From Antedon mediterranea (taxonomy: Eukaryota > Animalia > Echinodermata), in the NCBI RefSeq assembly GCF_964355755.1, contig NC_092673.1:22503648-22567647 (forward strand): a DNA stretch of 64,000 nt, read 5' to 3'. A program made the position numbers and the translations under genes. Shown here in pieces: positions 1-13,780 of this stretch (position 1 is the stretch's first letter; each line of letters starts with the position of its first letter). Under the pieces are notes generated by a model. It did not search any database. It was not told the DNA's origin and saw nothing but the letters and a program-made list of their open reading frames with translations.

Positions 1-2331
1 TGTAGATAATAAATATCTACCATTATTAAAATTTTCAGACAATCTCAACGTATGACTAATCTTAAAACATTCCACGAGTAACTGTAAACTTAATATTAAT
101 TATTAATTGTAGCATGCATAAAAAACACAGATGCATGTCACATTCGCCAATTTTTATTCCCAAAGTTTCGATTTCAAACATAGCCAAGAGACAGAATATT
201 TCAAAAAATATCATTCTAAAATGTTTTGGTTAATAATGCTGAAATATGTATTTCAATATTTTGTTATGATTTTGATCCAGGTAATAACAGACAGGTTTAA
301 TAAAAGTTGAATTTAAAACAGTAGTAAAAATTGATTTTCCTCATTTTCAATTATCATAATTTGAATAAATCATCATAATATGGTAATTTATATAATGATG
401 GAATTTCCTTTATTTTAATTGCCACACAGATACAGTATGCGCTAATCTTGTTGCTTGACAGTCACGTTTCGAACGAAAAGTCACTGTACACGCAATCTGA
501 TGCAAACCTGTTTTTGTTTTGTTTGTTTTTAATTAAGATATTTTCCTTAAATATTAAGTATTTCACTTAACTCAATACATATGTGTATTTCCCTTAAATT
601 GTATTCACTAATAGATAGGAGATAGATAAATGTTTCCCTTAGCTCAAGTGTGAATGGTAAATACGGCCACTGATCTGTAGCTGGACCGGAGCAGATGTGA
701 AAGATTTTTTAATGTATAGTTAGTGTCGGGTGGCAATGCTCCTACAGCTACAGTGAGTCACCAGGTCCCAGCTCGAATCTCTTTTGTTCTAGACTAATAA
801 AAGTAATTATCATTATAACAGGAAAGTGAGGCAATCACGAGCAGGCCACCTTATCTGTTCAAAGATGTCATTCGCTTATAAATAATATCTATGGTTGAAT
901 TACTAACTGTGCAATAAATATTCTATTTTAGACAGATCCCCAAGAATTGTCTTGGCTACTTATATGAATTTCTATAAATAGCACTATAAAAAGAATTGGT
1001 GATGAATATTTAATGTAGGTATCAAAGCCACGTACTGTAATACAGGAATGCATAAGCGATAGTAATTAAAATTTAGACAATTATATTATCTACAGTATTG
1101 TTAGCTTATTGCAGTAGATAGGGGGGTTCTATAGACAACTAGCAACTTTTTACTTTCATGACGCGCTGCACGTCTATTAAGAAAAAGATCATTCTAAGCA
1201 TGCTCAGAATTATGTTTCGTGTAGTGGGCATGACTTAAAACTGGTGTATCTGTTTGGGCAATTTCTGCAGCCATATTGGACGGTTCCTCTCCATTTTTGA
1301 GCTGGGATTGTTTTAAAGTTTGACGTCTAGTTCATATTGTATGTCTAGGTTATGTTTATAATTTTTACACTTTATAATTGCTCAATATCTATAAAATTTA
1401 TGAAACCTTACAAAAAAAATGTTTTGAGATAATTCTAAGAATATTAATAATGAAAGAGCAAGGTTCATGGTAACTATCTGTACAATTTTAGAACGAGCTC
1501 ACAGAGAGAGTTGTGAAAAGCTGTCAAAATAATTATAAATATCTTAACATGAAAATGGAAATGGCACGAATGAAACACATTCTAATAAACTTTATTGAAA
1601 GAGAATTGTTCTCTAGAGGGTTACATTATTGATTTATAGCTCCATAATGTTGAAAGCCAATTTGTTGTCTATAATATACTTAGCACGATTCACCTTAGAA
1701 TGTATAAAATGTTTCAACATTTAAGGTTAATGAAAACTGCAATTGGTTCACAAAATAACCCCTGTATCAGGGGGATTACCACCTATTTAATAGGCCAGTG
1801 ATTAATTTACTATTGGTAATCCTTGGCCACATGTGCCTAAACACAAAAAAAAAAAATTGGTACTGTTTGTGCACCAAAAACGTTTTATTTTGCTATTGCA
1901 GTAAAACCTCTATTAAGGGAACACCTTCTAGTAACCCAAAATAGCTTATAGGGTCACCTGATTGGCTGTAGGCTGTAAAAACATCTATACCCTCTTGTTT
2001 GTTTTTTAAAGGCAATCCTGCCATACGATTTTCATCTTCTTTGGATTCTGCCTTTGTCCCATTACTTTTTAAAAAACAATCCCAATCTATCATTATTGTG
2101 TTTTTATCACTTATTGTCTTTTGTATGAAAATAAATGTCTTTTGAATTGAATTTTTAAAAAATAGAAAAGTATACCTCTATATAGTGTCCTCAAGGAAGG
2201 ATTCTATTTAGTGTTAATTTAGTATATTATTGTTATTGGATTTGTGTTGAAATAAAGGAGAGAAAAATACAGACAGCACTTAGAGTCAAAATATGTCCCT
2301 ATAAAATTCTACATACGTTAAAATAACCTAC

Positions 2332-3682
2332 CGCTTCTGGAATCTCACATCTGAAAACATGGCACTGAAAAAACTGAGAGTCTCGTGTTCCGTAGCTGCA
2401 TGTGAATGCGAAGCAGTCCATCTCCTCACCATCGGCTTGGCCACGGCAACAGAAAAGGATCCGAGTTACGCGGTAATGCGCAATCTCAGCTTTACCGTCA
2501 GGCTCTAATAACCTGCAAATATATCAAAAACAAGAAAATTTGATTACAAAACATTGTTTTATATTATAGAGTGGTTTGTGTGTCACGACAAGGTTATTAT
2601 TATATCAATATCTTGCTAAATATGAAATTTCTTTTATATACTTGGTTTTATAATATTTTAAGAAACGGAATAAATTTAATATGATACACTCCAATACACA
2701 AATGCATAAACTATTATTATTAAAGCATAGCTACATCTGTCCTTTGCAGTTTTATTATAATCTGTTGTTTATCAATTAGTCAGTACTGATATGTTACTGA
2801 ATGTTGTTAATTTACTAATGCATTCCCATCGTTTTTATTATTATAGAATTTTAAGAAATGGAATAAATCTACAATACACTACCTTACGCAAATGTACCTA
2901 TGAACTATTATTAGAAGACTTTATTAAAGTATAGCTACATCTGTCCTTTGCATTTTTAATATAAACAGTCGTCTATCAATTAGTCAGTATCAGTTACTGA
3001 ATGTTGCTAATGCACTAATGCATTCTCATCGTTTTTTATTATACCACAATTAACAAGATAATGTATAATTTCCACCTTCTCTCTATGTTTGAAATTAAAG
3101 ACAAGCTCTTATACTTTAATCCTAACATGATGGAAAAGTACACGCACTCTCTAATCAACAAGAACATTAAAGAGAGACTGAGAAGTACCATGACGTGTCA
3201 GATTTGGTATCTTTAGTCTTCCTATCAAATGAAAGGCCTCAACAGCCCCTTAAACTAAAGGAATAATATAGAGGAATAAAGCTGGTTTTTTTAGAGTTTC
3301 ACAAACCTCGCTTAGCAATTTTTTAATACATATTATAATTTCTGAGCTGCCAAGTCGTATGATTAATATGAACACTATTTGCTATGGGTAATTTGTCCTA
3401 ATTTAGATCTAGACCTACTAGACTTCCTAATAGAAATTAGGGCTGACCAGCCTGGAGAAAGTTTTACTAAACTTTTCACACCGGACTATTGAAATATTGA
3501 GTCCTGCCTATGAGCAGAAGGTTCACTTTATTAATGTTAAAAGAATCGTAACAGAAATCAAAACAATTTATGTTCAGTGGAAGAAGCAAACTTGTATAAT
3601 ATAATATTTAATGTATTACTATTATTTTGTGTTGTAAACATTGACCAATTTGAATTAGTTGAAATTCTGTTGGTTTCACAAG

Positions 3683-3716
<34 letters not shown>

Positions 3717-6700
3717 TTGATTGAACATATTATTATACAACAATGTGCACTGTTGCATGCTGTTCTAACCTCACCTGACTGCTCCTTCTGATGTACCAGG
3801 TACAGAGAGAATAATCTGAATGGAATTCTGGGATTGCTGTGCTTTTAAAATTTTCATATTTCTTGTAGCCTCATCCTCGCTCTTGGGGGCATCCACAGTT
3901 GCTGCTCCGAGATAAACAATCCGATTAAACAGAGTACAATCACCCTCCAGACGTAGGCGTTGTGGACTAGGTGGTGGAGAGCTTTCTTCTCTAGCTGCAA
4001 AAATTCAAATTTAAAGCAAAATAAACACTTTCCTATACTCTACACCGACATTAGTTGATATAATAAAATGAAATGAACATGTACAAATATTCAGTGGCCT
4101 AACACATATGAGCACTCACTGGCTAAATCCGGGGGCCTTTGAGATAATATGAGGGCCTCTGAAAACAGGCATTAAAATGTGTCAAAAACCAGGGGCCAGG
4201 CCTCTGCGTTACACAATTGCAAATATTGTTGTATTCACAGATGACAATCAATTTACATACGGTATGAGTGACACATGACAAGCCACTCACAAGCACTGGA
4301 TTGAGGTTTGCTTTTTGCTTGTGAGCAAGTTGTGGACTGTAGCAAATTAGACAAAAGCTTATGCCTGCGTGGGCAAAAGTACATGTATGCTTTATTGAAC
4401 TCAACTTCTCAATTTATATCATGTTAGCATTTAAATATTAATAAGATTAAAAAGGCATGTAACAAAATTATTAAAAATATAATTAAATGAGTAACATGAA
4501 GATGTAGATGGATTACATTGAACACGTTTACTGGACACTGGATTTGAAGAAACTTGGTATAATTAGACAGGTTTTAATGAGAAGATGGCTTTCCTGTAAA
4601 AAGAATACCCAACATCAAAGGGATAGATCAGAGTAGAAGTTAGCCTCTTCAAGTAATTTAGTTCATTGATAGGAGAAGGGATCATTCCATAGTTGACCAT
4701 AGGAAATATAAAGTACTAAATACTAGGAAAGCACAATTTCAAAATCGAGCTTCTTCTTTCAAAATGATTAAAAGATAATGCATGTAATGCATCTACATCT
4801 TCATGTTACTTTTTCTTCTTCTTCTTCTTTTTGTTTTCATCAAAGGCTGTCTAAATTTTAAGGCATCACTCACCCATAAAAAAGCTGATTACCTGTAAGT
4901 ACTGTTTAATATATCCCCACCAACTTTTTAACATCCACACAAAGAAATATCCAACATGCTTCTTAAAGCAGTAAAGAAAAATTAAATATTCCTAAACAAC
5001 CCACAAGATTCTATTGGGAATATTATTGTATCTGTAAATATCTACTACATAATGTCTTGTTACTTCATGATGTAAATCTTAATAGCAGTTGCTAGATTTA
5101 CACATGAATTGCTTGACAATTACGACTTTCTGTTAACAGTACATTCCTCTAGAGAACATGAATTGATCATCAAATCTATGTCTCAGTCTCTAAATATGCA
5201 ACCATATTGATGCACTAGTATCTGATTTTATTTGATTGTGAATGTTTTGCTTTAAGCCTAAGTATGGTTAATGGTTTATGAATAATAAAGCGCAAAAAAA
5301 AACTTCAAGCACTGTGAAAGGTGTTCGAGGAAAGAGAGTGTAGCTGCTAAAAAAACTTAAAGAAAATGTTGCAAATTGTGACATTACTCATCAGATGCCT
5401 GATTCCTGATTGGCTACATACTAAACAAAATAAATATTTAGTACATGCATTACAGAATATACTGTACCTGGAGCACCAGGTGAGATACAGCACACTCAAA
5501 CTTAAAGCTATGTGCGTCAATGATTCAATTACCTTTCTCTGTGCAAAATAAACCTTTACTTGTGTACACTTTAAGGATATTGTAATACTGTACCTAGATA
5601 AAGACTATGAGTGACCGAGCGGTTAAGATAGTGGAACCGGCAAGGGTTTGAGGCTCATTCGCTCAATGGTTCTGGTGGTAACACTCATAAGGACTATAAA
5701 CCGTAGGTCCAGTGTACACATCTAGCTCATGTGCACTTTAAAGAACCTAGAGTACATCTTTTGAGTAGGGAATTACCCCGGTGTACTAGTATGTACATCA
5801 CAGCCACTGATCATAACTGGGCCCTCTGTCTTTGACTGAAGAGGTCGCCCAGTATAAATAAAATATTTCAATTCAATTCTACTGAGCTAACCATTAACTT
5901 TTACATACACTTAATAGATAAACAATTACCAACATTTAATAGACATAAAAAGACCATAATACAATAGAATCAGTAAGATGAAGCAAGGAATTGGGCTGTT
6001 GGGAAAAAAAATCTTCAGTGACTTTTAAAACGTGTCACAGTCCTATACTTGATTCACGATAATTCAAATTGGCGTATTCAAAATGTATTCATTTAATACG
6101 TTGAGTATCATCAGTTAACGAAGTATTTCAAACGTTTTAAAGGCTAGGTACGGGCAAAAAATTTCTATTGATCATACATTCCAATAATTATCGATCTATA
6201 GTTTCCCCTATGTTTCATAATTTTTGGGATTTTATTTGTGTTACACGAGCTTGTTGAAAATAAGCATTTTCTTATCAGTGGGGGGATAGTTAAAATTACA
6301 CAGTAAAATCTCCATTCTTTTGTACACAAATTTTGTAAATAGAGAGGCATTTTAAAAAGCTACGAAAAATAAACAGTGTGGTAAAAAATTTTATCAGATG
6401 ACTAAGTATAGGTAATAAAACTTGAATATTACATTTCTGGAATTTTTATTCAACTTCAAATTTATATTTTCATGCTATAGCAAAAATTATCCACCGTACA
6501 GTATATCCACCATCTTTTTTCACCTTCTAGGGAGTCACAAGACATGTTATTACATTAGGTTAACTACCTAACAACTGAAAAAAGGTCTTTATGGTTTTTA
6601 TGGAAGAATTTTGCAAAATTTTGTATTTGGCCATATTAAGGGAAATTCATGTTTTTTTGTCTTGATTTCTGTTACAAATATTTGATTTATGTACAATTAA

Positions 6701-9700
6701 CCAAATATTATATTTAAAATTCATGCCTGTACCTGAGCTTTAAAGTAAATACTCAACGAACAAGACTGTGTTAATTAATGTTTACTATTCAAATAAAAAG
6801 TACTTTAACAGATTTTCTGTTAAGTACAATAGGGTTATTATGCTATATTATAGTACTTGTTTGCAACACAGCATTTTCACAGCAAAAGTTTTGTGCGTCT
6901 AATTTGCCATGTATTTATACAGTAATTCAGACTTATAAAATAATTGTAATGCTATTTATTAAATAAGTTCATCTGGTTCAAAATATATTATGTGTTTAAT
7001 TTTTACCTATTATTGTTTGTTTCTGGAAACTAACAATACAGTAGGATTTTGTAAACAGTTCCATTTTATAATAGTCAACAAAATTTAATCAGATGTTTGT
7101 GTCGTTTAAATGTCTTTAAAGTCAACATGTTCCTGTGGTTTGATGATATTTACATCTGTACTAAAAACGACTAATTAGAAAACCAGTATTTTGTTTGGAG
7201 TTTAAAATATAAACTGTGTCAGTGTAGTTAACGCTTACTATAGATAAGAACAGCAAAATATCTCTACTGATGAAATACAGTCAACACCCAGAAACTTGGA
7301 TGCTTTTTACAGAAGCGGGCTTTTAGTTTTAGAGAAGCAGGCTTTTACAGAAGCAGGCTTTTACAGAAGCAGGCTTTTACAGTTCAAGGCATAACCATTC
7401 TTTAAGGGACCTAAATTGTTTATTAGGGAAACGCTTTATTTGTGATGATCAAGGACCTTAGGCCTACACATATTATGTCATTGATCATCGTTTTGTTCTA
7501 GAATCCAGCAAAACTGTTAATGAATCAAGTGTCTCATTGCCCTCTTCTCTGCATCTTGAATGTTACAAAATATTTATCATGTACTAATAGTCATGCTAAA
7601 GCATGGTTCCCACTAGAACGTAACGCAAGGACGTAAACGCAAACGTTTTAACCAATGACAAGCAAAGTTATAGACAGTTAGCAATCACAAGCGAATAAGT
7701 CATCGTTTGTGATTGGTCAATTCACTTGCGTTGCGTTACGTCCTTGCGCTGCGTCGCTAGTGGGAACCACGCTTAAAAGGTTTGGCCCTTTGGCTTGTAT
7801 GTTATTGTTAGCGGATAATAATTATTATAATCATTTCATCCTAATGATTCATTTCAGTGGTAAAAATGTCCGGATAAAGATGAGATTGCATTTTACTGTT
7901 TTTCTAATATTAATAATTTTGTTGCCAGTTTTAAATTATATACCTGTACAGTATTTTAAAATCTTAATATTATTATCATCATATTTCCTTGAAATTTGTA
8001 AACAATGTAAACTTTATATTTACTTTCTATTGACAATTAAAAATGTTTCACTTTTAGATCTTAAGAAGTCTTTTAAGACAAATGATTTGTTTGCATGTAC
8101 TGTAATTACTATTGGTACCACCATCTTAAATTAATCCGATTTAGAACTTGTAATCTGAACTAAAGGAACTCTAATCAAAGCACAATTAATTTATTTGAGC
8201 AAAAAGGGGTGGGTTTTACATTTAATTTCTTTGAGATTTTCTGATATAAAAAGTTTAAAAACAAGATTGTTTCTGCTGAATAACCAAATATACTATAAGC
8301 AGTTTTCATACAAAACATACATTTTCTGCTGCAAGTGTTATCAGTGTGTGATGATAAAAAAAAGATGAATTTTAAAAACAGACAGTAACTTTATCTACAA
8401 AGTTAAACAACTCCACTGTGCAAATTGGGACTGGACCGTTTTAGAGGTGTTTACCACCTGTTGGTCCAGATCCTTCACTAACTGAGTTAGTGAGAAGTCG
8501 AATAAATAAAAATAAATAAAATTTAAAAAAACTCAGGTTTTCTTATATATTATATTATTAATAATATGAAAATATTGGCTTAATTATTACATTATTAAAA
8601 TAACTGTATGAATCTACTGATATCGGACACATTCATACACGGCCAATTAAACAGAAGATATGCTGAACTTGCAATGGAACTAATCCCTTTGAATAACTGC
8701 ATAAATCCATTAATCCAATCCTTTTATCTATTTTGTGTCAAGTGTAAACAATTAAATCAGATTTATTATTAGTCATTTAGAACGTCAAATTGTTTAAAAT
8801 TCAACTGGGCATCTCGAAACGAAGCCCATTTCGAAAAGATTCCACACAAGAGTCCTAAAAAACAAGGTTTTATGGTACAATCAATATTTTCTTTCCACTT
8901 GTGTGGACCACTTTGAAGTATTAAATGACATACATAAAGATTCATAAAATACACACTTATAATCTGAATGATTGGGCTAATCATCCTATTTCTGTTTAAA
9001 ATTTAAATGAGTTTAGTCTAGTAATTATCTTGGGAGTAAATCTATAAATTATAAAAATATTCTTTTCATTAATTTATGTTATTTACTGTACATGAATTAC
9101 AGTAGGCTAATCTAAAATTCAAGTAGAATGACTCAGCCACGAAATAAGAATTTGCTTAATCCAATAATTTAATGAATATTCTCATAGGATTATAGATTGA
9201 TCAAATAATTTAATGAATATTCAATAAGGTATTTTAATAATACCCAAGATAAGTAGCCTGATCTAATAATTTAATGAATTTTCAATAGGATATTTTAATA
9301 ATTCCCAAGATTAGTAGATTGATCTTAATTTAATGAATATTCAGAAGGGCATTTTAAAAATAATTCCTAAGATTAATAGCTTGATCTAATAATTAAGTGA
9401 ATATTCTGTAGTATATTTTAATTTAATGAATATTCAGTTAGGATATGTTAATAATTCCCAAGATTAATAACTTGATCTAATAATTAAATGAATATTCAGT
9501 AGTATATTTTAATTTAATGAATATTCAGTTAGGATTGTTAATGATTCCCAAGATTAATGCTTGATGTAATAATTCAATGAATATTCAGTAGTATATTTTA
9601 ATAATTCCCACGATAATTAGCCTGATATAAAAATTTAATGAATATTTAGTAGGGTATTTTAATAATTCCCAAGATTAATGCTTGATGTAATAATGTAATG

Positions 9701-10933
9701 AATATTTAGTAGGGTATTTTAATAATTCCCAAGATAATTAGCTTGATGTAATAATTTAATGAATATTTAGTAGGGTATTTTAATAATTCCCAAGATAATT
9801 AGCTTGATGTAAAAATTTAATGAATATTTAGTAGGGTATTTTAATAATTCCCAAGATAATTAGCTTGATGTAATAATGTAATGAATATTCAGTAGGGTAT
9901 TTTAATAATTCCCAAGATTAATGCTTGATGTAATAATGTAATGAATATTCAGTAGGATATTTTAATCATTCCCTTTAGATTAATTATTTGATCTCTCTTT
10001 TGGCATGAATATTCAGACTATTATTATTAATTGTTTATGATTATTTTTACTGCACAAATTATAATGTATAAAAAAGTATCAATTAATACACATTAGATAC
10101 TGATAATATGATGATAATGCATGGAATGAACAAAGAACTTGAACATGCAGTGTGCGTATGATTAAAAACATGACTTAAACCTTATTCCGCAACATATGGG
10201 ATAAAACCCTATTGACAATATTTTATAAGGTAGCAAAATTGTGTCATGATAGAAAGATTTTCACGTTTCTAATTCTAACTGTACTCCCTTGAAATTTGTT
10301 AGAGGTACACCGTACAGTTAATTAAATGGCTATCTGTTGCGGAACAGTGTTAACAACAAACATTTACTCACAACAACTGTAAGTGTTAGTATCCACCACC
10401 TGAGGTAACCAAACATCATCATTACATGTAATCATACCTGGCTGGAACTGAGGCCTGTCACTTGAAGAGTTCATACGAATCTTGAAGACATTATCAACAT
10501 CATCATTCGGCCTATCTTTTCTCTCCTCACTAGCAGCAACGTTTTTATCACCTATTTGGTCCACTTTGGCCGCTGGATTATCAAACGATTGATTACGTTG
10601 TATATGCTCTGAGTCTTCGTTTTTATCTTGAACTTTGTCTTCATCTTTAATTGCGTTTTCATTTGTCTTTAAACTACCATCCTCTATAGCTGCTTTACTC
10701 TCTTCTGTAGTTGCCGTTTCTTCTCCGGATGATTGGGCTTGGTCTTTGAGTACCTCTGCTAGGTTTTCGGTCAAGTCATCCATGTTGCCGTTACCAGCAA
10801 TCTTTAGTCCTTCTTGTGTTCCACTACTGGAAACGCTTTGTGAGTTTGGTGATCGGTCACCTGGTGATACTACTTCGAATTCTTCACTTGGAGCAAAGGA
10901 ATCAGTCGAACTTCTACTCACAGTCTCTTCCAT
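2332..10933 (-). CDS. RABGAP1: Rab GTPase-activating protein 1 / 1-like, 5' partial (N-terminus and PTB domain); gene continues beyond position 1
   Basis: Coding exons 10438-10933 (MEETVSRSSTDSFAPSEEFEVV...), 3775-3994 (DCTLFNRIVYLGAATVDAPKSEDEATRNMKIL...LSVPGTSEGAVR) and 2332-2512 (LLEPDGKAEIAHYRVTRILFCCRG...DCFAFT...FQCHVFRCEIPEA); GT-AG sites with matching phases (1,2,0); PTB sequence closely follows recalled vertebrate RABGAP1 (LTYLGCASVNAPRSE...ILFCVRG...DCFAFT...HVFRCEI). Confidence 0.9.
2656..3045. repeat. ~190-bp tandem duplication in RABGAP1 intron
   Basis: ttttaagaaa(c/t)ggaataaat...atagctacatctgtcctttgca...ctaatgcatt...catcgttttt occurs twice in tandem. Confidence 0.8.
3684..3715. 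repeat. (TG)16 microsatellite
   Basis: Direct read. Confidence 0.95.
4490..4810. mobile_element. Probable MITE with ~21-bp inverted ends
   Basis: agtaacatgaagatgtagatg (~4490) and catctacatcttcatgttact (~4790-4810). Confidence 0.5.
5608..5880 (+). mobile_element. tRNA-derived SINE
   Basis: A-box-like gtgaccgagcggttaag head, core taaggactataaaccgtaggtcc...tgcactttaaagaacc, (ttcaa)n tail; partial second copy at ~49350-49480. Confidence 0.65.
7305..7382. repeat. Short tandem repeat gcttttacagaagcag
   Basis: About 4-5 copies, direct read. Confidence 0.75.
7600..7773. mobile_element. PIF/Harbinger-like MITE family B
   Basis: TAA TSD, TIR AGCATGGTTCCCACTAG / CTAGTGGGAACCACGCT; degenerate relatives at ~16400-16515 and ~48130-48250. 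Confidence 0.75.
9160..10015. repeat. AT-rich ~60-bp minisatellite
   Basis: Repeated aatgaatatttagtagggtattttaataattcccaagataattagcttgatgtaataattt. Confidence 0.9.
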
Positions 10934-10986
10934 TTATTGATCTAAAAAATATTTTAGGTATAACTTAATGTGCCATGTATTTATTC

Positions 10987-13059
10987 GGTTTCGATCCAAC
11001 TCGGCCCTAAACCGTCTCGGCCAAAGTCAAGTCGGCCCCACGTCAAGTCGGCCCCAAGTCAACTCGGCCCCACGTCACCTCGGCCCCACATCAACTCGGC
11101 CCCACGTCAACTCGGCCTCAAGTCAACTCGGCCAAAAACTAATCCGGCAACTCGGCCTCTAAAAACTATGAAACGCAAAAAGTGCTAATATAGTAGTTAA
11201 TATTATAATGGCAGAATATAGTACGGTTATGCCTACATAATAGACGAAATACAACGTAAAATTCAATATAAATGATTATATAATATTAATTGATAGGTAG
11301 TATTTATTTATATTGTTTGAAACAAACAAATATTTCTTCACATTTTGTATACAGGAATCTGTCGAAGAAGACATTTAAAAAAATAATATTTAAACAATAT
11401 ACTTCGGTCTACAACTGTATATACATCAATATAAAAAGAATAAAATGACATTAAAATCAAAACAAATCAAAAGGCAAGAAAACAAATTGCATAAGCATTA
11501 TGGGTATAGGTTACATGCACACACACCCCAGACATGAATGTGCATTATTTTCAAATAGGCCTTACGGTTTTTTTTGTATGACATTTTTATTTTCATTTCG
11601 TTTAGTACTTCATAATTATTCATAATTAATACAGTACACCATGGGAAGAGAGAAATTTGCTTCCATAACAGTCCATAGGGAAGTTATTGTGATTTTATTG
11701 TATTTAATTATGGATTCATGGAATTTGTCATGGTGTGTGTTGTTATACTATCATCGGGAATCTTGTGTCCCGTTTTGTAATATCATCTTTAATTAAACTA
11801 AAAAGAAAAATTTCTTCCTCACTATCATCCGATGATCATCCAGAAACGGCTGCTATTTTAACGTCACGTCACAAAACGGAACAGGTGTGAATGTTTAAAA
11901 CGGAACGGTGAACGGGCGCACGTCACGTTGAAAAAACGGCGCCGTCCGCGAAACGGAACAGGTACGGACGGTGGGAATGCCCCTTTAGGTGATCAATTTT
12001 ATTGAACAATACAGGGCGCGGTGGGTGTTAAAAAACAGATGAGAATGCAAAGGCAATATTATGTTGTTTAGGAATTCCGTTGTTTTGGAATCAAACAATA
12101 TGTTTTAGTTTTTGCTTGACAAAATAAAAATACGCCATTTTTTCATGATGATTTCTTCAGTGTGTTTTAGATTAGTTTTTATGCTTGACAAAATAAAAAT
12201 ACACCATTTATTCATGATGATTTCTTCAGTGTGTTTTAGATTAATTTCCCATAAATGTATTCATTGGATTCTCCATTATAATCAAATAACAAAAGTAATA
12301 AAAACAATTTGAATAGCGCACAATTGCAATAGAAATTTAACATGACAGAACATTCCGAATTTGTTTCCATAATCTCTTCGGTAGTTTGATTGACATCGTC
12401 AATAAATGTGTGAAAAGATTTTGTTACTGTAATATACCATTTTAATGTCACATTAGGCCTATAGTTATTCACTTTGACCGTGACATATTGCTAATAATTT
12501 GAGAGAGAATATATACAAAAAAAACCCATTTTTATTTTACTGTATTAATCTAATAATATCTATATAATATATAGGCCTTCTAAGAATATTTGCGATTATT
12601 TCTGGGAACATCCTCAAAATAGATCTAACAAACACATTACTGAGGGTTCTTACTGAGACAAACCAACCAACAATATAAATAAAAATTACCTATCAATTAA
12701 ACGAAAAACGATCAGCCAGTGTGTTATAATTTACATTGAAATTTCCGTTTTATTTCGTCTATTATATAGGCCTAACCGTACATGCCATTGTAATAAATGA
12801 ACTACTATATTAGCACTTTTTGCATTCCATACTTTTTAAAGGCCGAGTTGACGGATTAGTTTTTGGCCGAGTTGACTTTAGGCCGAGTTGACTTGAGGCC
12901 GAGTTGACGTGAGGCCGAATTGACTTGAGGCCGAGTTGACTTGAGGCCGACTTGACTTGGGGCCGACTTGACTTGGGGCCGACTTGACTTGGGGCCGACT
13001 TGACGTGGGGCCGACTTGACTTTGGCCGAGACGGTTTAGGGCCGAGTTGACCTGCACCC
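10987..13059. mobile_element. Non-autonomous foldback-type DNA transposon (long TIRs with 16-bp tandem repeats, 8-bp TSD)
   Basis: Direct repeat ATTTATTC at 10979-10986 and 13060-13067; ~330-400 bp inverted arms containing arrays of (a)gtcaactcggcccc units; GG...CC termini; no transposase ORF; internal ~69-bp tandem duplication at ~12105-12245. Confidence 0.85.
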
Positions 13060-13579
13060 ATTTATTCTCCCCATGTATAGTTAGTAGTAATTAATTGCAT
13101 AATCATTGTCATATGAGACCCAAAAATATGCAAGCAAGCAAGCTAGGCCTAGCTTAGCTAGTTAGTGGATTTATTTTATAAAAACCATAACATTTAAAAA
13201 ACATTTAACAATAGGCCTAGGCCTAGCTAGTAGTACTAGCTAGGCCTAGGCCTAGTAGGACCTGCTAGCCTCTAGGCATCAATATTCCATCTTAAAATAC
13301 AGAACTCTCCCCCATATTCTCGCTTAACGGTTGACTGATTTCACTCCAGGCTACTAGGTTGCTTACTCTAGGCAATAGTTTGCCTTTTCGATTAATACAG
13401 ACCTCAGACCTTTCGGCCCCACGATGGTGCACCAACTTCATTCAGGTGGTGAGCCTAGCAAACTAGCTAGCTAGGCTAGTCTAGAGGCTAGGCCTAGCCT
13501 AGCCCAAAAATTTAGCAGCAAATGCACTGCACTAAAGTTCTCAAAAACACAAAAGCTGTAAAAATCATTCTATATATAC

Positions 13580-13780
13580 CTGATAATTTTACTATCTTTG
13601 TAAACCAATTTTACAAATAATCAAGGATAAAACATCATATAAATTCTAGGCCTACAGATACTCTCACTCCCTTTTTGATTTTAATGTTGATGTTTTTTTC
13701 AAGGCGGAAATGAGAGAGCGACACCAAACGTCAAACTTGTCAATAATAAATATGCGCGCGTGCAAAGTGTATAACTACCG
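13580..13780 (-). promoter_or_regulatory. Probable non-coding exon 1 and promoter of RABGAP1
   Basis: Donor-like AG|GTATAT at ~13580 on minus strand, ETS-like GGCGGAAAT at ~13703, local GCGCGCG; CTAG-rich tract just downstream (13140-13505); coding exon has its acceptor only 8 nt before the ATG so an upstream UTR exon is required. Confidence 0.5.

Noticed and set aside
7709-8134. 141-aa hydrophobic ORF (and similar ORFs at 19336, 57121)
   Set aside because: Start inside MITEs or AT-rich intron/UTR sequence; composition explained by base bias, no splice or homology support.
10635-10940. 101-aa + strand ORF
   Set aside because: Antisense shadow of the RABGAP1 coding exon.
10968-13061. ORFs 10968-11188 (+) and 12810-13061 (-) with SRP/QLG repeats
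   Set aside because: Translations of the 16-bp tandem repeats in transposon arms.
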